From assembly GCA_043758025.1 (NCBI GenBank), contig JAYVOH010000098.1, positions 199-64,198 on the forward strand: DNA of 64,000 nt. Direction: 5' to 3'. This document shows, one piece after another, positions 1 through 10,096 of the stretch. Numbering within the stretch: the first letter of the stretch is position 1; the number at the start of each line of letters is the position of its first letter. The notes beneath the pieces are model-generated. The model saw only the letters and a list, made by a program, of their open reading frames with translations, made no database searches and had not been told where the DNA came from. Origin of the DNA: Verrucomicrobiota bacterium (GTDB lineage Bacteria > Verrucomicrobiota > Verrucomicrobiia > Verrucomicrobiales > Verrucomicrobiaceae). Both the position numbers and the translations under genes were made by a program.

Positions 1-3000
1 CGGCGCGGGTGTGGTCACCTTCGGCGGCACTGTGACCCAGGCCTCAGGCAGCCGGAAGCTGACGAAATCCGGCACCGGCACGCTGACGCTCAACGGCGCG
101 AACACGTTCGTCGGCGGACTCATTGTGAACGCCGGCACGGTCATCCTCGGAACCAACACGGCCGCGGGCACTGGCACCTTCACGATGAGCACCGCCACCA
201 TCCAGGCCGGCGGCGCGGCGCGCACCCTCGCCAACGCCGTCACCCTCCTGGGCAACACGACCTTCAGCGGCGCCTACGACCTGACCTTCACCGGCGCGAC
301 CGTAGTGGCCGCCACGCGCACGCTCACCGTCAGCAACACGAGCACCACCTTCAGCGGCGTCATCAGCGGTGCGGGCGGACTGACGAAGGGCGGCTCCGGC
401 GCCCTCACGCTGGGCGGCGCTTCCGCGAACACCTTCGGCGGCAGCGTGACGGTGAATGACGGCACGCTCGTTTTCAACAAGACGGCGGGCGTGGATGCGA
501 TGGCCGGCACGGTGCTGACCATCGGCGACGCGGCGGGCGCGGCCAATTCCGCCACCTTGCAGCTCAGCGCCTCGAATCAGATCCCTGACACCGCGGGCGT
601 GACGGTCAACGCCGACGGCCAGCTCAATCTGCAAGGCTTCACCGATGCGATCGGCACGCTGACGATGAGCGGCGGCAGTGTGACCGGCACTGGCACCTCG
701 CTGCTCGTCCTCGGCGGCGATCTCACCGTGACCGCGACCGGAACGAATGTCGCACAGATCACCGCGAACGTCGGCCTCAACGCCAACCGCACTTTTACGA
801 TCAACGACAACGCCGTTTCCACGGACAACGACCTCGCCATTTCCGGCATCATTTCCACCGCCTTCGCGCTCACGAAGACCGGCGCGGGCACGCTGCTGTT
901 GAGCGGCACCAACACCTTCAGCGGCGGCGTGAACGTCAACGCCGGCACGCTCTCCATGGACAACGCCGCCGCGCTCGGCACCGGCGCGGTGAACGTCGGC
1001 GACACCGCCGGCACGAGCGGCGCGACTTTGCTCTTCAGCGCCACGGGAGGACGCACCGTGACGAACGCCATCGCCGTGCGCGCCGGCAGCAGCGGCACCG
1101 CGACGCTCGGCGGCCTGAACACGGGCGGCGCGAACATTTTCGGCGGCAACATCACGCTCAACAAGTCCGTCACGCTCACTGCCGCAGCGGGCGGCGAGGT
1201 GGCCTTCAACGGCGTGATCTCCGGCGCGCTCTTCGGCCTGACGAAGATCGGCGCGGGCACCGTGCGCCTCGGCGGCGCAAACACCTACACCGGCCTGACC
1301 ACGATCAGCACGGGCACGCTGGCCTATGGTGCCAGCAACGTGATCGCCACCGGCAGCGTGACCGTGGATGGTGCGACCGCAGTGCTCGATCTCGGCGCGA
1401 GCCGCACCGACACCGTGGGCCAGGTCATTCTCGACAACGGCGGCGTCATCACCGGCAGCGGCACGTCCGCGCTCGGCAGCACCGCAGCGTTCGATGTGCG
1501 CAACGGCTCCGTCGCCATCCCGCTCGGTGGCAGCGTCGCGCTGACGAAATCCACCAGCGGCACCGTCGTGCTCTCCGCGGCGAACACTTATACCGGCGCG
1601 ACCACGATCAGCGCGGGCACGCTCCAGCTCGGCGTCGCCAGCAGCATCCCATCCGCTTCCGCAGTCAGCGTCTCCGGCGGCGCGACGCTTGATCTCGGCG
1701 GCTTCAATCAAACCATCGGCTCGCTGGCCAGTGCGGGCACGGCGGCGCTCGGCGCGGCCACGCTCACGACGGGCGGCGACAATACCTCCACCACTTTTTC
1801 CGGCGTCATCGGCGGCACGGGCGGCCTGACAAAAAACGGCAGCGGCGTCTTCACTGTCAGCGGCACCAACACCTTCACCGGCGCGACCGCGATCAACGCG
1901 GGCACGCTCAAACTCGGCGCGGCGGGCGGCCTCCACAGCGCCACGGCGGTGAGCGTCGCGGGCGGGGCGACGTTCGATCTCAACAGTTTCTCCGCGACCG
2001 TCGGCTCGCTCGCCGGCGCGGGCAGCGTCACGCTCGGCAGCGGCGGGCTGAATACGGGTGGCAATAATTCAACCACGACCTTTTCGAACGCGATCAGCGG
2101 CAGCGGCGGGCTGACCAAAAGCGGCACCGGCACGCTCACGCTCACCGGCACCAACACCTTTACCGGTGCAGTTGCAGTCAACACCGGCACCCTGGCGCTC
2201 TCCGGCGCGTCCGGCCGCGCGGCCAGCGCGTCCGGTTTCACCATCGGCACCGGCGCGACGCTGACCCTCGACAGCAACGCGGGCGAAAACGCCGACCGCA
2301 TCGGCAACGGCGCGGCAGTCACGTTCACCGGCGGCACGCTGCGCTTCCTCTCCGACGGCAACGGCTCGACGGAAACCGTCGGCGCGCTCAACGCCTCCGG
2401 CGGCGCATCCACCATCACAGTCACGCACAACGGCGCGGTCACGGACAGCACCTCGCTCACGTTCAGTTCGCTCGGCACCATCGCCGGCGGGGCGACCGTG
2501 AATTTCACCGCCACGGGCGGCACCCTCGGCTCCACCACCACCGGCCCGCACATTTACATCGCCGGCCAGGCGAACGGGCTGCTCGGCGGCTGGGCGACGG
2601 TCGGCAGCAACTTCGCCGAATATTACATCGACGGCGTCCGCGCCTTCAGCAGCTACTACACCGGCAGCCTCGGCATCAACATCAACGACGCCGCAAAAAT
2701 CCCGCAGTTGGGCAGCAGCTCGCCTTCCACCGCTTACACGCTGACCAATGCGGGAACGACGACCGATCTTGGCTTGAATCTCAACGACCTCGCCACCGTG
2801 GATCTCGGCGCGGCGTCCACGCGCACGCTCAATCTCGCGGGCGGCGGCCTGATCAAAAGCACCGCCACCGCGACGACCATCTCCGGCGCCGGACGGCTCA
2901 CCGCGGGCGGCACGGCTAGCGGCACGCTCTCGGTTTCGGTGGACACGGGCCACACGCTCACGATTTCATCGGTCATCATCAACAACGCCGGCGTGAACGG

Positions 3001-6000
3001 CACCTACGGCGATGGCGACGACGGCGTGGTCTCGCTCTCGAAAGGCGACGCGGGCCTGCTCGTCCTCAGCGGCGCGAGCACCTTCGGCGGAAGCGTTTTC
3101 ATCAACGCGGGCACCGTGCAGATCGGCGCGGAAAACAATCTCGGCGCGTCGGCCAACGGCGTGATCTTCGGCGGCGGCACGCTCAGCGTCACCGCTGGCT
3201 TCACCGCGGGCACGGGGAAAGTTCTCACCGTCAGTTCCGATCTCAGCGGCACGCTCGACATTGCCTCGGGGCAGACGCTCACGCTCGGCAACGCCAGCGA
3301 CGTGCTCACCACCGGCAACACCGCGGGCGTGCTGCTCAAGGCCGGCGCGGGCGCGCTCGTGATCCAGGCGGCGAACCCCGCCTTCGACGGCACGATGCAA
3401 ATTGACGCGGGCAGCGTCGAGCTGCGCCACGCGCAGTCGCTCGGCGACTCGGTGAACCGCGGGCGCATCACGCTCAACGGCGGCACGCTCAAGCTGCGCA
3501 ACGACACGGGCACGAACTTCGCGAATGACGTGACCGTCGCCGCCAGCTCGACGGTGGATGTCGCGCGGCTGACCGGAACCACGCCCGCCGTCACGCACAC
3601 GCTCGGCGCGCTTTCCATCGGCACCCAGACGCTCACGATCAGCGGCAGCAACGGCGCGGCGCTCACCTTCGGCGCGGTCACGCTCACCGGCGGTGCGACG
3701 TTCAATCCGACGACCGCGGATGCCACGCTCGCTGCGGTTTCCGGCATGTTTGGATTCACAAAAACCGGCGCCGGCACGCTCGTGCTCAACGGCGCGGGCA
3801 GCTACACGGGCACGGCGACGGTGAGCGTCGGCACGCTGCGCCTCGGCGTCGCAGGCGGTGTGGCCTCGACATCGGCGGTCAGCGTCGCCAGCGGCGCGAC
3901 TTTCGATTTGAACAGCCTCAGCGCGACCATCGGATCGCTCACCGGCGCGGGCAGCGTCACCCTCGGCAGCGGCACGCTCACGACCGGCGGCGACAACACC
4001 AGCACGACTTTCTCCGGCGTCATCAGCGGCGGCGGCGGCCTCACAAAAACCGGCAGCGGCGTTTTCACCGTCAGCGGCACGAACACTTACTCGGGCATCA
4101 CCAGCGTCAGCAGCGGCGTGCTCAGGCTCGGCAGCGCGGGCGGCGTGCCGTCTTCCTCCGCGCTCAGCGTCAGCGTCGCGATCGGCGCGACTTTTGATCT
4201 GAACAATTTCAGCGCGACCATCGGCTCGCTCAGCGGCGCGGGCAGCGTCACGCTCGGCAGCGGCACACTCACCAGCGGCGGCGACAACACCTCGACCACC
4301 TTCTCCGGCGTCATCAGCGGCACCGGCGGCCTGACGAAAACTGGCACGGGCGCGCTCACGCTCTCCGGCGCGGACACCTTCACGGGCGCGGTCAACGTCA
4401 ACAACGGCGTCGTCATTGCCCAGGACTCCGCCGCGCTCGGCAGCACCGCGGGCGGCACGACCGTCGCCTCCGGCGCGGAGCTGCGAATCGCAGGCGGCAT
4501 CGCCGTCGGCGCGGAGCCGCTGACGCTGAGCGGCAGCGGCACGGGCAGCGCGGGAGCGTTGCGAATCATCAGCGGCATCGCCTCGGCCGCGGGCAACATC
4601 ACGCTCGCGGCCGCGGCATCCATCGGCGCGGACGCCGGCCAGCTCACGCTCGGCGGCACGATCAGCGGCGGCACGAACACCCTGACCTTCACCGGCGCGG
4701 GCAACATCCAGGCCGACGGCATCATCAGCGGCAGCAGCGCCCTGGTGAAGAACGGCGCGGGCACGCTCAAGCTGACCGCGGCGAACACCTACACCGGCGC
4801 GACGACGATCAATGCCGGCGCGGTCAATGTGCAGAACGGCGCGGCGTTTGGCGCGACCGGCGCGGGCGCGGTGACTCTGGTGAGCGGCGCGGCGATTCAG
4901 CTCAACAACGCCAGCGGCATCAATGTCGGCAACAAATCACTCACGCTCAACGGCACCGGCATCAGCGGCGCGGGCGCGATTGACAGCATCCTCGGACACC
5001 ATTCGTGGGCGGGCAGCATCACGCTCGCCACCGACACGACCATCGCCGTGGACGCCGACAGCCTCACGATTTCCGGCGTGATCGGCGAATCGGGCGGCGC
5101 GCGCGCGCTGACGAAGACCGGCGCGGGCACGCTCGTGTTCGTCGGCAGCAATTCCTACACCGGCGCGACGCTGATCAACGCCGGCATCCTTCAGCTCGGT
5201 TCCTCAGAGCGCATCGGCGACACCTCGGCGGTGCTCATCGCCGCGGGCGCGACACTTAATTTCAACGACTTCGATGAAACCGTCGGCTCGCTCGCGGGCG
5301 CGGGCACGGTTGATTTCGGCACGCTCCTCACCGCGTCGCTCAGCTCCGGCGGCGACAGCACCAGCACGACCTTTTCCGGCGTGCTCACCGGCACCGGCGA
5401 CCTCATCAAGACCGGCAGCGGCACCCTGACGCTGAGCGGCGCGAACACCTTCACCGGCACCGTGTTCATCAACGGCGGCGTGCTCTCGATTGACAGCGAC
5501 GCGCGGCTCGGCAACAGCGCCAACGCGCTCAACTTCGGCGGCGGCACACTCAAGCTGACCTCGGCGTTGACGATCAGCCGCGCCATCACCCTGAGCAGCG
5601 GCGGAACCGTGGACACCGCTGGCGTGAATTCCACCATCAGCAGCGCGATCGGCGGCGTCGGTTCGTTCACCAAGTCGGGCGCGGGCACGCTGAGCCTGAC
5701 CACGGCGAATAGCTACACCGGCGACACCACCGTGAGCACTGGCACGCTAAGCATCGGCTCCAGTGGCGCGATCGTAAGCGCGAACGTGGGCGTCAGCAGC
5801 GGCGCGACGCTTTCCATTGTCAGCGGCGGCACGATTCCCACCACCACCGCGCTGACCACGGACGGCACGGTGAATTTCAACAGCGCGACCGCCACCATCG
5901 CCTCGCTCAGCGGCGCGGGCACCGGCGTGCTCACCCTCAACAGCACCACCCTCACCGTCAGCAGCGGCAGCTACGCCGGCGTGGTGCAAAACGGCGCCAG

Positions 6001-7933
6001 CACGGGCAGCCTGACCAAGACCAGCACCGGCACCTCGACGCTCACCGGGGCGAACACTTACACCGGCGCGACGACCGTGAACCTCGGCACTCTGGCCCTG
6101 GGCACCGGCGGGTCGCTCGGAGGGACAGCCGTGACCGTCGGCAGTGGCACCACTCCGACCGCCACGGCGGGCAACGCCACCTTGCAGATCAATGGAAACT
6201 ATACCATCGGCACCACCTCCCTGGGCGGCCTCACCATCAAGGGCGGCAACACCGGCGGCACGCCTTTGGGCCAGGGAACGCTGAGCTTGCAGGATACGAC
6301 GATCAACACCCTGACTCTGGCCAACACCTCGGCCACCACGAACCTGACCCTCGGCGGCACCGCTGGAAATCCCTCCCTCCTGAGCTTCGACCTGGGCAAC
6401 TCCTCCACCGACCTCATCGCCGTCGGAAAAAAACTGACGCTCAACGCAGGTGGCGCAGTCATCAGCCTTAACCAGCTTGCCGGCACCAACATCGCCAACG
6501 GAACCTACACCCTGCTGAGCTTCACGGCCTTTGGCAGTGCTCCAGCGGGCGCATTCAGCCTGGCCGCCGGCAGCACGGTCTTCGGCGGTCACGCGTTTTC
6601 GTTGAGCGCTTATTCGAGCAGTTCCACAATCGAGTCGCTGATCGTCACCTCCAATGTCATTCCACCCATTGCCTACTGGACCGGGAGCCAGGACACATTT
6701 TGGAATTCTTTTGGCATCAGCCAGGTGAATACGAACTTCAGCACGGATGCCGCTGGCACCACGAATCCCAACCAGCTTCCAGGAAGCATCACGGATGTTT
6801 TCTTCACCGCCAACAGCGCCGCCAACCTCTCCACGACGCTCGGTTTGGACTTTTCCATCAAGAGTCTGACCTTCACCGGCACCGGCACCACGGCAGCTTC
6901 CAGCTCCGTGACCATCGGCGGCGCGAACACGCTCACGCTGGGCACCGGCGGCATCACGGTTCAGACCGGCTCCGCCGCCCACACCATCAGCAGCAACGTG
7001 GCCCTTGGCGTGGCCCAGTTCTGGACCAACAACAGCGGCAGCCTCCTGACCGTGAGCGGCAACGTCAGCAACAGCACTTACCTTCTCACCGTGGCCGGCA
7101 GCGGCAGCACCACCATTTCCGGCATCATCGGCAGTGGCAGCGGTGGCCTGACGAAGACCGGCGCAGGCACGCTCACGCTCTCCGGGCTGAACACTTACAC
7201 CGGGGCGACGTCAATCACCGGCGGCACGCTGCAAGCCGGCGTCGCGGGCGTGGGCCAGACCGGCGCCGGAGTGACTACCGTGGGCGATGGCACGAATGCG
7301 GCGACACTTGCCGGAACCGGCACCATCAGCGGCACAGTCAATGCCACCAATCACATCATTCGTGGTGTCGCCTCATTAAAGCCTGGGGACAGCGGCGGCA
7401 ATCTCAACGGTGCCTTGACCTTTAATGGCAACCTCAACCTCAACAACAATTCGCAGACGATTCTCCAGATCACCACCCGCACCGCCACCGCCGGGACATT
7501 CGGCGGCAACCCTGTCGGCTCCGCCGCCTACATCGCCTACCTCGCCGCCAACGTCGCCACCTGGAACAGCGCCACGCCCGGCAACCATGACAGCATCACC
7601 GTCAACGGCACGATAACCCTCGGCACTAACGCCGCGGGATTGATTCAGGTGCTGGACAACGGCTACGTCAGCCAAGCTCTACTTGGCGACGTCTATGATT
7701 TGCTGGACTGGAACAGCATCGTTGTGGGCAGTTTCAATTCGGGAACCACCATCCGCTCCGGTGGTGCCGGCGGTGGCGATCTCTTTCTGCCCGACCTCTC
7801 GGCGCGAGGACTCGGTTGGGACGTGCGCCACTTCACTAGTTCTGGAGTTCTCGTCGTAGTGCCGGAGCCGTCACGCGCAGTTATGATCTCGGCGGGGCTG
7901 GCTGCACTTTTGCTGCGCCGGAAAAGGCGCTGA
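1..7933 (+). CDS. Giant cell-surface protein, autotransporter-associated beta-strand repeat type, PEP-CTERM anchored (5' end outside window)
   Basis: The frame is open from the window edge to the TGA at 7931-7933. It encodes >2600 aa of Gly/Thr/Ala/Ser/Asn-rich beta-strand repeats (..GTGTLTLSGANTFTG..). The C-terminus VPEPSRAVMISAGLAALLLRRKRR is a PEP motif plus hydrophobic helix plus basic tail, typical of exosortase substrates. Confidence 0.9.
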   Translation, partial: GAGVVTFGGTVTQASGSRKLTKSGTGTLTLNGANTFVGGLIVNAGTVILGTNTAAGTGTFTMSTATIQAGGAARTLANAVTLLGNTTFSGAYDLTFTGATVVAATRTLTVSNTSTTFSGVISGAGGLTKGGSGALTLGGASANTFGGSVTVNDGTLVFNKTAGVDAMAGTVLTIGDAAGAANSATLQLSASNQIPDTAGVTVNADGQLNLQGFTDAIGTLTMSGGSVTGTGTSLLVLGGDLTVTATGTNVAQITANVGLNANRTFTINDNAVSTDNDLAISGIISTAFALTKTGAGTLLLSGTNTFSGGVNVNAGTLSMDNAAALGTGAVNVGDTAGTSGATLLFSATGGRTVTNAIAVRAGSSGTATLGGLNTGGANIFGGNITLNKSVTLTAAAGGEVAFNGVISGALFGLTKIGAGTVRLGGANTYTGLTTISTGTLAYGASNVIATGSVTVDGATAVLDLGASRTDTVGQVILDNGGVITGSGTSALGSTAAFDVRNGSVAIPLGGSVALTKSTSGTVVLSAANTYTGATTISAGTLQLGVASSIPSASAVSVSGGATLDLGGFNQTIGSLASAGTAALGAATLTTGGDNTSTTFSGVIGGTGGLTKNGSGVFTVSGTNTFTGATAINAGTLKLGAAGGLHSATAVSVAGGATFDLNSFSATVGSLAGAGSVTLGSGGLNTGGNNSTTTFSNAISGSGGLTKSGTGTLTLTGTNTFTGAVAVNTGTLALSGASGRAASASGFTIGTGATLTLDSNAGENADRIGNGAAVTFTGGTLRFLSDGNGSTETVGALNASGGASTITVTHNGAVTDSTSLTFSSLGTIAGGATVNFTATGGTLGSTTTGPHIYIAGQANGLLGGWATVGSNFAEYYIDGVRAFSSYYTGSLGININDAAKIPQLGSSSPSTAYTLTNAGTTTDLGLNLNDLATVDLGAASTRTLNLAGGGLIKSTATATTISGAGRLTAGGTASGTLSVSVDTGHTLTISSVIINNAGVNGTYGDGDDGVVSLSKGDAGLLVLSGASTFGGSVFINAGTVQIGAENNLGASANGVIFGGGTLSVTAGFTAGTGKVLTVSSDLSGTLDIASGQTLTLGNASDVLTTGNTAGVLLKAGAGALVIQAANPAFDGTMQIDAGSVELRHAQSLGDSVNRGRITLNGGTLKLRNDTGTNFANDVTVAASSTVDVARLTGTTPAVTHTLGALSIGTQTLTISGSNGAALTFGAVTLTGGATFNPTTADATLAAVSGMFGFTKTGAGTLVLNGAGSYTGTATVSVGTLRLGVAGGVASTSAVSVASGATFDLNSLSATIGSLTGAGSVTLGSGTLTTGGDNTSTTFSGVISGGGGLTKTGSGVFTVSGTNTYSGITSVSSGVLRLGSAGGVPSSSALSVSVAIGATFDLNNFSATIGSLSGAGSVTLGSGTLTSGGDNTSTTFSGVISGTGGLTKTGTGALTLSGADTFTGAVNVNNGVVIAQDSAALGSTAGGTTVASGAELRIAGGIAVGAEPLTLSGSGTGSAGALRIISGIASAAGNITLAAAASIGADAGQLTLGGTISGGTNTLTFTGAGNIQADGIISGSSALVKNGAGTLKLTAANTYTGATTINAGAVNVQNGAAFGATGAGAVTLVSGAAIQLNNASGINVGNKSLTLNGTGISGAGAIDSILGHHSWAGSITLATDTTIAVDADSLTISGVIGESGGARALTKTGAGTLVFVGSNSYTGATLINAGILQLGSSERIGDTSAVLIAAGATLNFNDFDETVGSLAGAGTVDFGTLLTASLSSGGDSTSTTFSGVLTGTGDLIKTGSGTLTLSGANTFTGTVFINGGVLSIDSDARLGNSANALNFGGGTLKLTSALTISRAITLSSGGTVDTAGVNSTISSAIGGVGSFTKSGAGTLSLTTANSYTGDTTVSTGTLSIGSSGAIVSANVGVSSGATLSIVSGGTIPTTTALTTDGTVNFNSATATIASLSGAGTGVLTLNSTTLTVSSGSYAGVVQNGASTGSLTKTSTGTSTLTGANTYTGATTVNLGTLALGTGGSLGGTAVTVGSGTTPTATAGNATLQINGNYTIGTTSLGGLTIKGGNTGGTPLGQGTLSLQDTTINTLTLANTSATTNLTLGGTAGNPSLLSFDLGNSSTDLIAVGKKLTLNAGGAVISLNQLAGTNIANGTYTLLSFTAFGSAPAGAFSLAAGSTVFGGHAFSLSAYSSSSTIESLIVTSNVIPPIAYWTGSQDTFWNSFGISQVNTNFSTDAAGTTNPNQLPGSITDVFFTANSAANLSTTLGLDFSIKSLTFTGTGTTAASSSVTIGGANTLTLGTGGITVQTGSAAHTISSNVALGVAQFWTNNSGSLLTVSGNVSNSTYLLTVAGSGSTTISGIIGSGSGGLTKTGAGTLTLSGLNTYTGATSITGGTLQAGVAGVGQTGAGVTTVGDGTNAATLAGTGTISGTVNATNHIIRGVASLKPGDSGGNLNGALTFNGNLNLNNNSQTILQITTRTATAGTFGGNPVGSAAYIAYLAANVATWNSATPGNHDSITVNGTITLGTNAAGLIQVLDNGYVSQALLGDVYDLLDWNSIVVGSFNSGTTIRSGGAGGGDLFLPDLSARGLGWDVRHFTSSGVLVVVPEPSRAVMISAGLAALLLRRKRR

Positions 7934-7935
7934 AC
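7912..7935. repeat. Direct repeat copy 1 (24 nt, GCTGCGCCGGAAAAGGCGCTGAAC), overlaps stop codon of giant PEP-CTERM gene
   Basis: Perfect 24/24 match to 10904-10927, read directly from the sequence. Confidence 0.9.
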
Positions 7936-7990
7936 AAATATTTAGCGCCCATCTCGCCGAAGATGGATGCGGCGCTTGCGGAGTATACTT

Positions 7991-8707
7991 TCAGTTTGCA
8001 GTCCGAACTTTCTTTGGCGCACCGCCTCGATACCCGCTCGGTGCCTCCAGCAGCCGCATTTGAGGGTCCACGTGACCTTTCCGTTGCGCCACATTCTGTA
8101 GAGAGTTCTGCTCGACGTCTTCATTGCCCCATTGATGCCAACCTAGACGCTTGAAACGAGCGAACAATTCGAGAAAAGGGCCTGGCGAACATGATTCAAT
8201 GATGTCGTAGATCTCGTCCGGCTTCCGGCTGTGCTCACGTTTGCGCGTTGCCAGCATATTCACCTGTGTCCGCCCCGGCTTGAGCGTCCTCATTGATCCA
8301 CGCACACCGAACAAAATCAGTTCAGTGACATTGCGGAAATAAAATCCAACTCCCCGACCATCAGGCCCGCCGTCTTTCCGCACCTTAAACCAGACCACGT
8401 TTGATTTGTAGGTGAACCCCCACGCTTTCATCACTTGAAGACCTTCTTGCAACAAGGCATTGGGAACCCACAAGTAGAGATGAGACTGAGCGGCAGCGAG
8501 TTTCCCGATGGGAAGATCCATGATCTCTTGGAGTTCCATGGTCGGATAGCGAAGCAGCCGCCGATGCTCTGGCGCGACCTTGCCTGTGGAATTCTGAAAG
8601 CGCCAAGGCGGGTCTGCCACGATTGTGGAATATCGGCCTTCGACCTTCTGAAGAAGATCTTCGGCGGGGGCAGGCTCAGGCGAGTGGATGCTAACAATCT
8701 TCGACAT
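7991..8707 (-). CDS. MT-A70 family N6-adenine DNA methyltransferase
   Basis: DPPW catalytic motif in ..YSTIVADPPWRFQN.., then ..HLYLWVPN..AWGF..WFK..; the C-terminal part SRKPDEIY matches the MT-A70 fold pattern. The start is placed at ATG 8707 (MSKIVSIH); the longest ORF would start at 8755. It overlaps the upstream endonuclease stop by 17 nt. Confidence 0.8.
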   Translation of the reverse strand: MSKIVSIHSPEPAPAEDLLQKVEGRYSTIVADPPWRFQNSTGKVAPEHRRLLRYPTMELQEIMDLPIGKLAAAQSHLYLWVPNALLQEGLQVMKAWGFTYKSNVVWFKVRKDGGPDGRGVGFYFRNVTELILFGVRGSMRTLKPGRTQVNMLATRKREHSRKPDEIYDIIESCSPGPFLELFARFKRLGWHQWGNEDVEQNSLQNVAQRKGHVDPQMRLLEAPSGYRGGAPKKVRTAN

Positions 8708-9317
8708 AAAGTTTTGAGGTGATTCCAAAGACAATGATCGGGCATCCACCACCACCGCCGCCTTCGATGCGCGGCAGAAGTTTACTCATGTGAGTCGTCG
8801 ATGCCCCAAACGATTCCCCGCGCCCAAGTTTAGCGACGACACTTTGAAGCTCATCACAGCGCGTGATGATGATCCCCACCGAGACGGTGCGAAGTTCAAA
8901 CAGCAGCCGGAAATTATTGAGGTCCCGATCATAAAATGGATCCTTGTTGTTCCATTCAATTTCTAGAGCGACACGATTCTTGAAGCAATCGACCTTGTGC
9001 GTTGGACTCTTAAACTCTGACTCATCCACAACAATCTTCGTGTCGAAGTGGCGTTCCGCCCATCCTTTCTTCTCAAACTCGCTGTCGATCCAGCCAGCCA
9101 CATCGCTCTTCCGACCTCCACCGACAGCAATGGCGCTTTTTAGCAACCGGAAGCGACCGAGCACATCATAAATGTCCGCGCATTGGTCTGAGAAATCAGC
9201 CTGCAGAATCGCCGACGCGTGTCTCCACTCATGGAGTTCATAATTCTCGCGGATAAATTCTGGAAAGTCTTCAAGTGCCACCGCGTGAGTTTTGCATCTT
9301 ACGGTGCGGAGCGCCAC
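8691..9317 (-). CDS. Type II restriction endonuclease, BglII/BamHI fold
   Basis: ..VDCFKNRVALEIEWNNKDPFYDRDL..VGIIITR..PIIVFGI.. parallels the BglII pattern IDFGKRDTLVEVQF..VAIIITKG..PIRLVGL (D..ExE/Q active-site block). GTG start at 9317. Sits next to methyltransferase genes. Visibly low GC. Confidence 0.7.
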   Translation of the reverse strand: MALRTVRCKTHAVALEDFPEFIRENYELHEWRHASAILQADFSDQCADIYDVLGRFRLLKSAIAVGGGRKSDVAGWIDSEFEKKGWAERHFDTKIVVDESEFKSPTHKVDCFKNRVALEIEWNNKDPFYDRDLNNFRLLFELRTVSVGIIITRCDELQSVVAKLGRGESFGASTTHMSKLLPRIEGGGGGGCPIIVFGITSKLYVEDC

Positions 9318-9418
9318 AAGAAATCATTATTCAGGTCAATCAGGTGGGCAAGGTGGGTCGTCACGACATCAATGCCAATCCACTGTCGCTTGAGCTTGTG
9401 CCGTTTACAGCGAACGAA
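9299..9418 (-). pseudogene. 3' remnant of a disrupted N4/N6 DNA methyltransferase (C-terminal AdoMet-binding region)
   Basis: The minus-strand frame reads FVRCKRHKLKRQWIGIDVVTTHLAHLIDLNNDFLWRSAP*. K(L)xRxWIGID followed by THLA is the conserved C-terminal block of beta-class DNA methylases. It begins immediately after the DUF4145 stop codon and has no start codon of its own. Confidence 0.6.
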
Positions 9419-10096
9419 TCACGTGCCCCGTGACTGCGCGTCTTTGCGGCCTCGCTCGACCATCGAAGGCAGGACATACATAAAAAGCCCAAGTGCCTTA
9501 GTAAAGTCGATACACTTCTTCGCATCTTCCTCCGTGGGAAGCGCAGCATCCTCATCGGCGTGACGCTCATTATTCGCATCAAGTCTTACATCATGGGCCC
9601 AAAGAGCCATCTCATCCGTGATGAGGCCTGCTGCCTTCGCGTCGTTGATTCTTTTGTTCAATGATCCTTCCTTCAACCCCTTCTGCTTTAGCATTGCATC
9701 CACGCTTGATGCACAAAGCATAATGGCACCGGATGGTGAGTGAAGACATTCGATCGCTTGGTTGAGAAATGATTCAGCCTTCGCGGGCAGGCCTTCCTGA
9801 ATTGCTTCCTGCCCTGGGAAAATCTCTGAAAGCGGATGTTCGTCGCTAAATGCCCATCCCAGCACAGCGCCGCCACATTTTGAGCAGACATAGACACGCC
9901 ACGATCTCGCCGAGGTTTGGTTGGAGTTATTAGTAGCAAAACGATGCACACTCTTGAGATAAGGGTTTGCGATGCTGCAATGCGGACATCGCGCAAGATT
10001 CAATGCATCGTCCGAAAGGCGGGTTGATGTCGAAGGGCGAGCCATAATCAATAGATTTTGAATTTCGTAGCACTTCAAAACTGCGTTTCCTGACAA
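9419..10096 (-). CDS. Zinc-ribbon + DUF4145 domain protein (defence-island associated)
   Basis: N-terminal CPHC..(x26)..CSKCGG zinc-ribbon-like pairs. The C-terminal helical region ..AIMLCASSVDAMLKQKG..LNKRINDA..GLITDEMALWAHDVRLDANNERHAD.. matches the DUF4145 pattern. An alternative start is ATG 10045 (MARPSTS). Visibly low GC. Confidence 0.65.
   Translation of the reverse strand: MSGNAVLKCYEIQNLLIMARPSTSTRLSDDALNLARCPHCSIANPYLKSVHRFATNNSNQTSARSWRVYVCSKCGGAVLGWAFSDEHPLSEIFPGQEAIQEGLPAKAESFLNQAIECLHSPSGAIMLCASSVDAMLKQKGLKEGSLNKRINDAKAAGLITDEMALWAHDVRLDANNERHADEDAALPTEEDAKKCIDFTKALGLFMYVLPSMVERGRKDAQSRGT

Noticed and set aside
44-7675. Many long ORFs on the minus strand and in other plus frames inside the giant adhesin gene (e.g. 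44-1936, 5747-6982, 6700-7425)
   Set aside because: They are Arg/Ala/Gly-rich, low-complexity translations typical of out-of-frame reading of high-GC repetitive coding DNA. The plus-frame repeat protein with a PEP-CTERM end explains the region.
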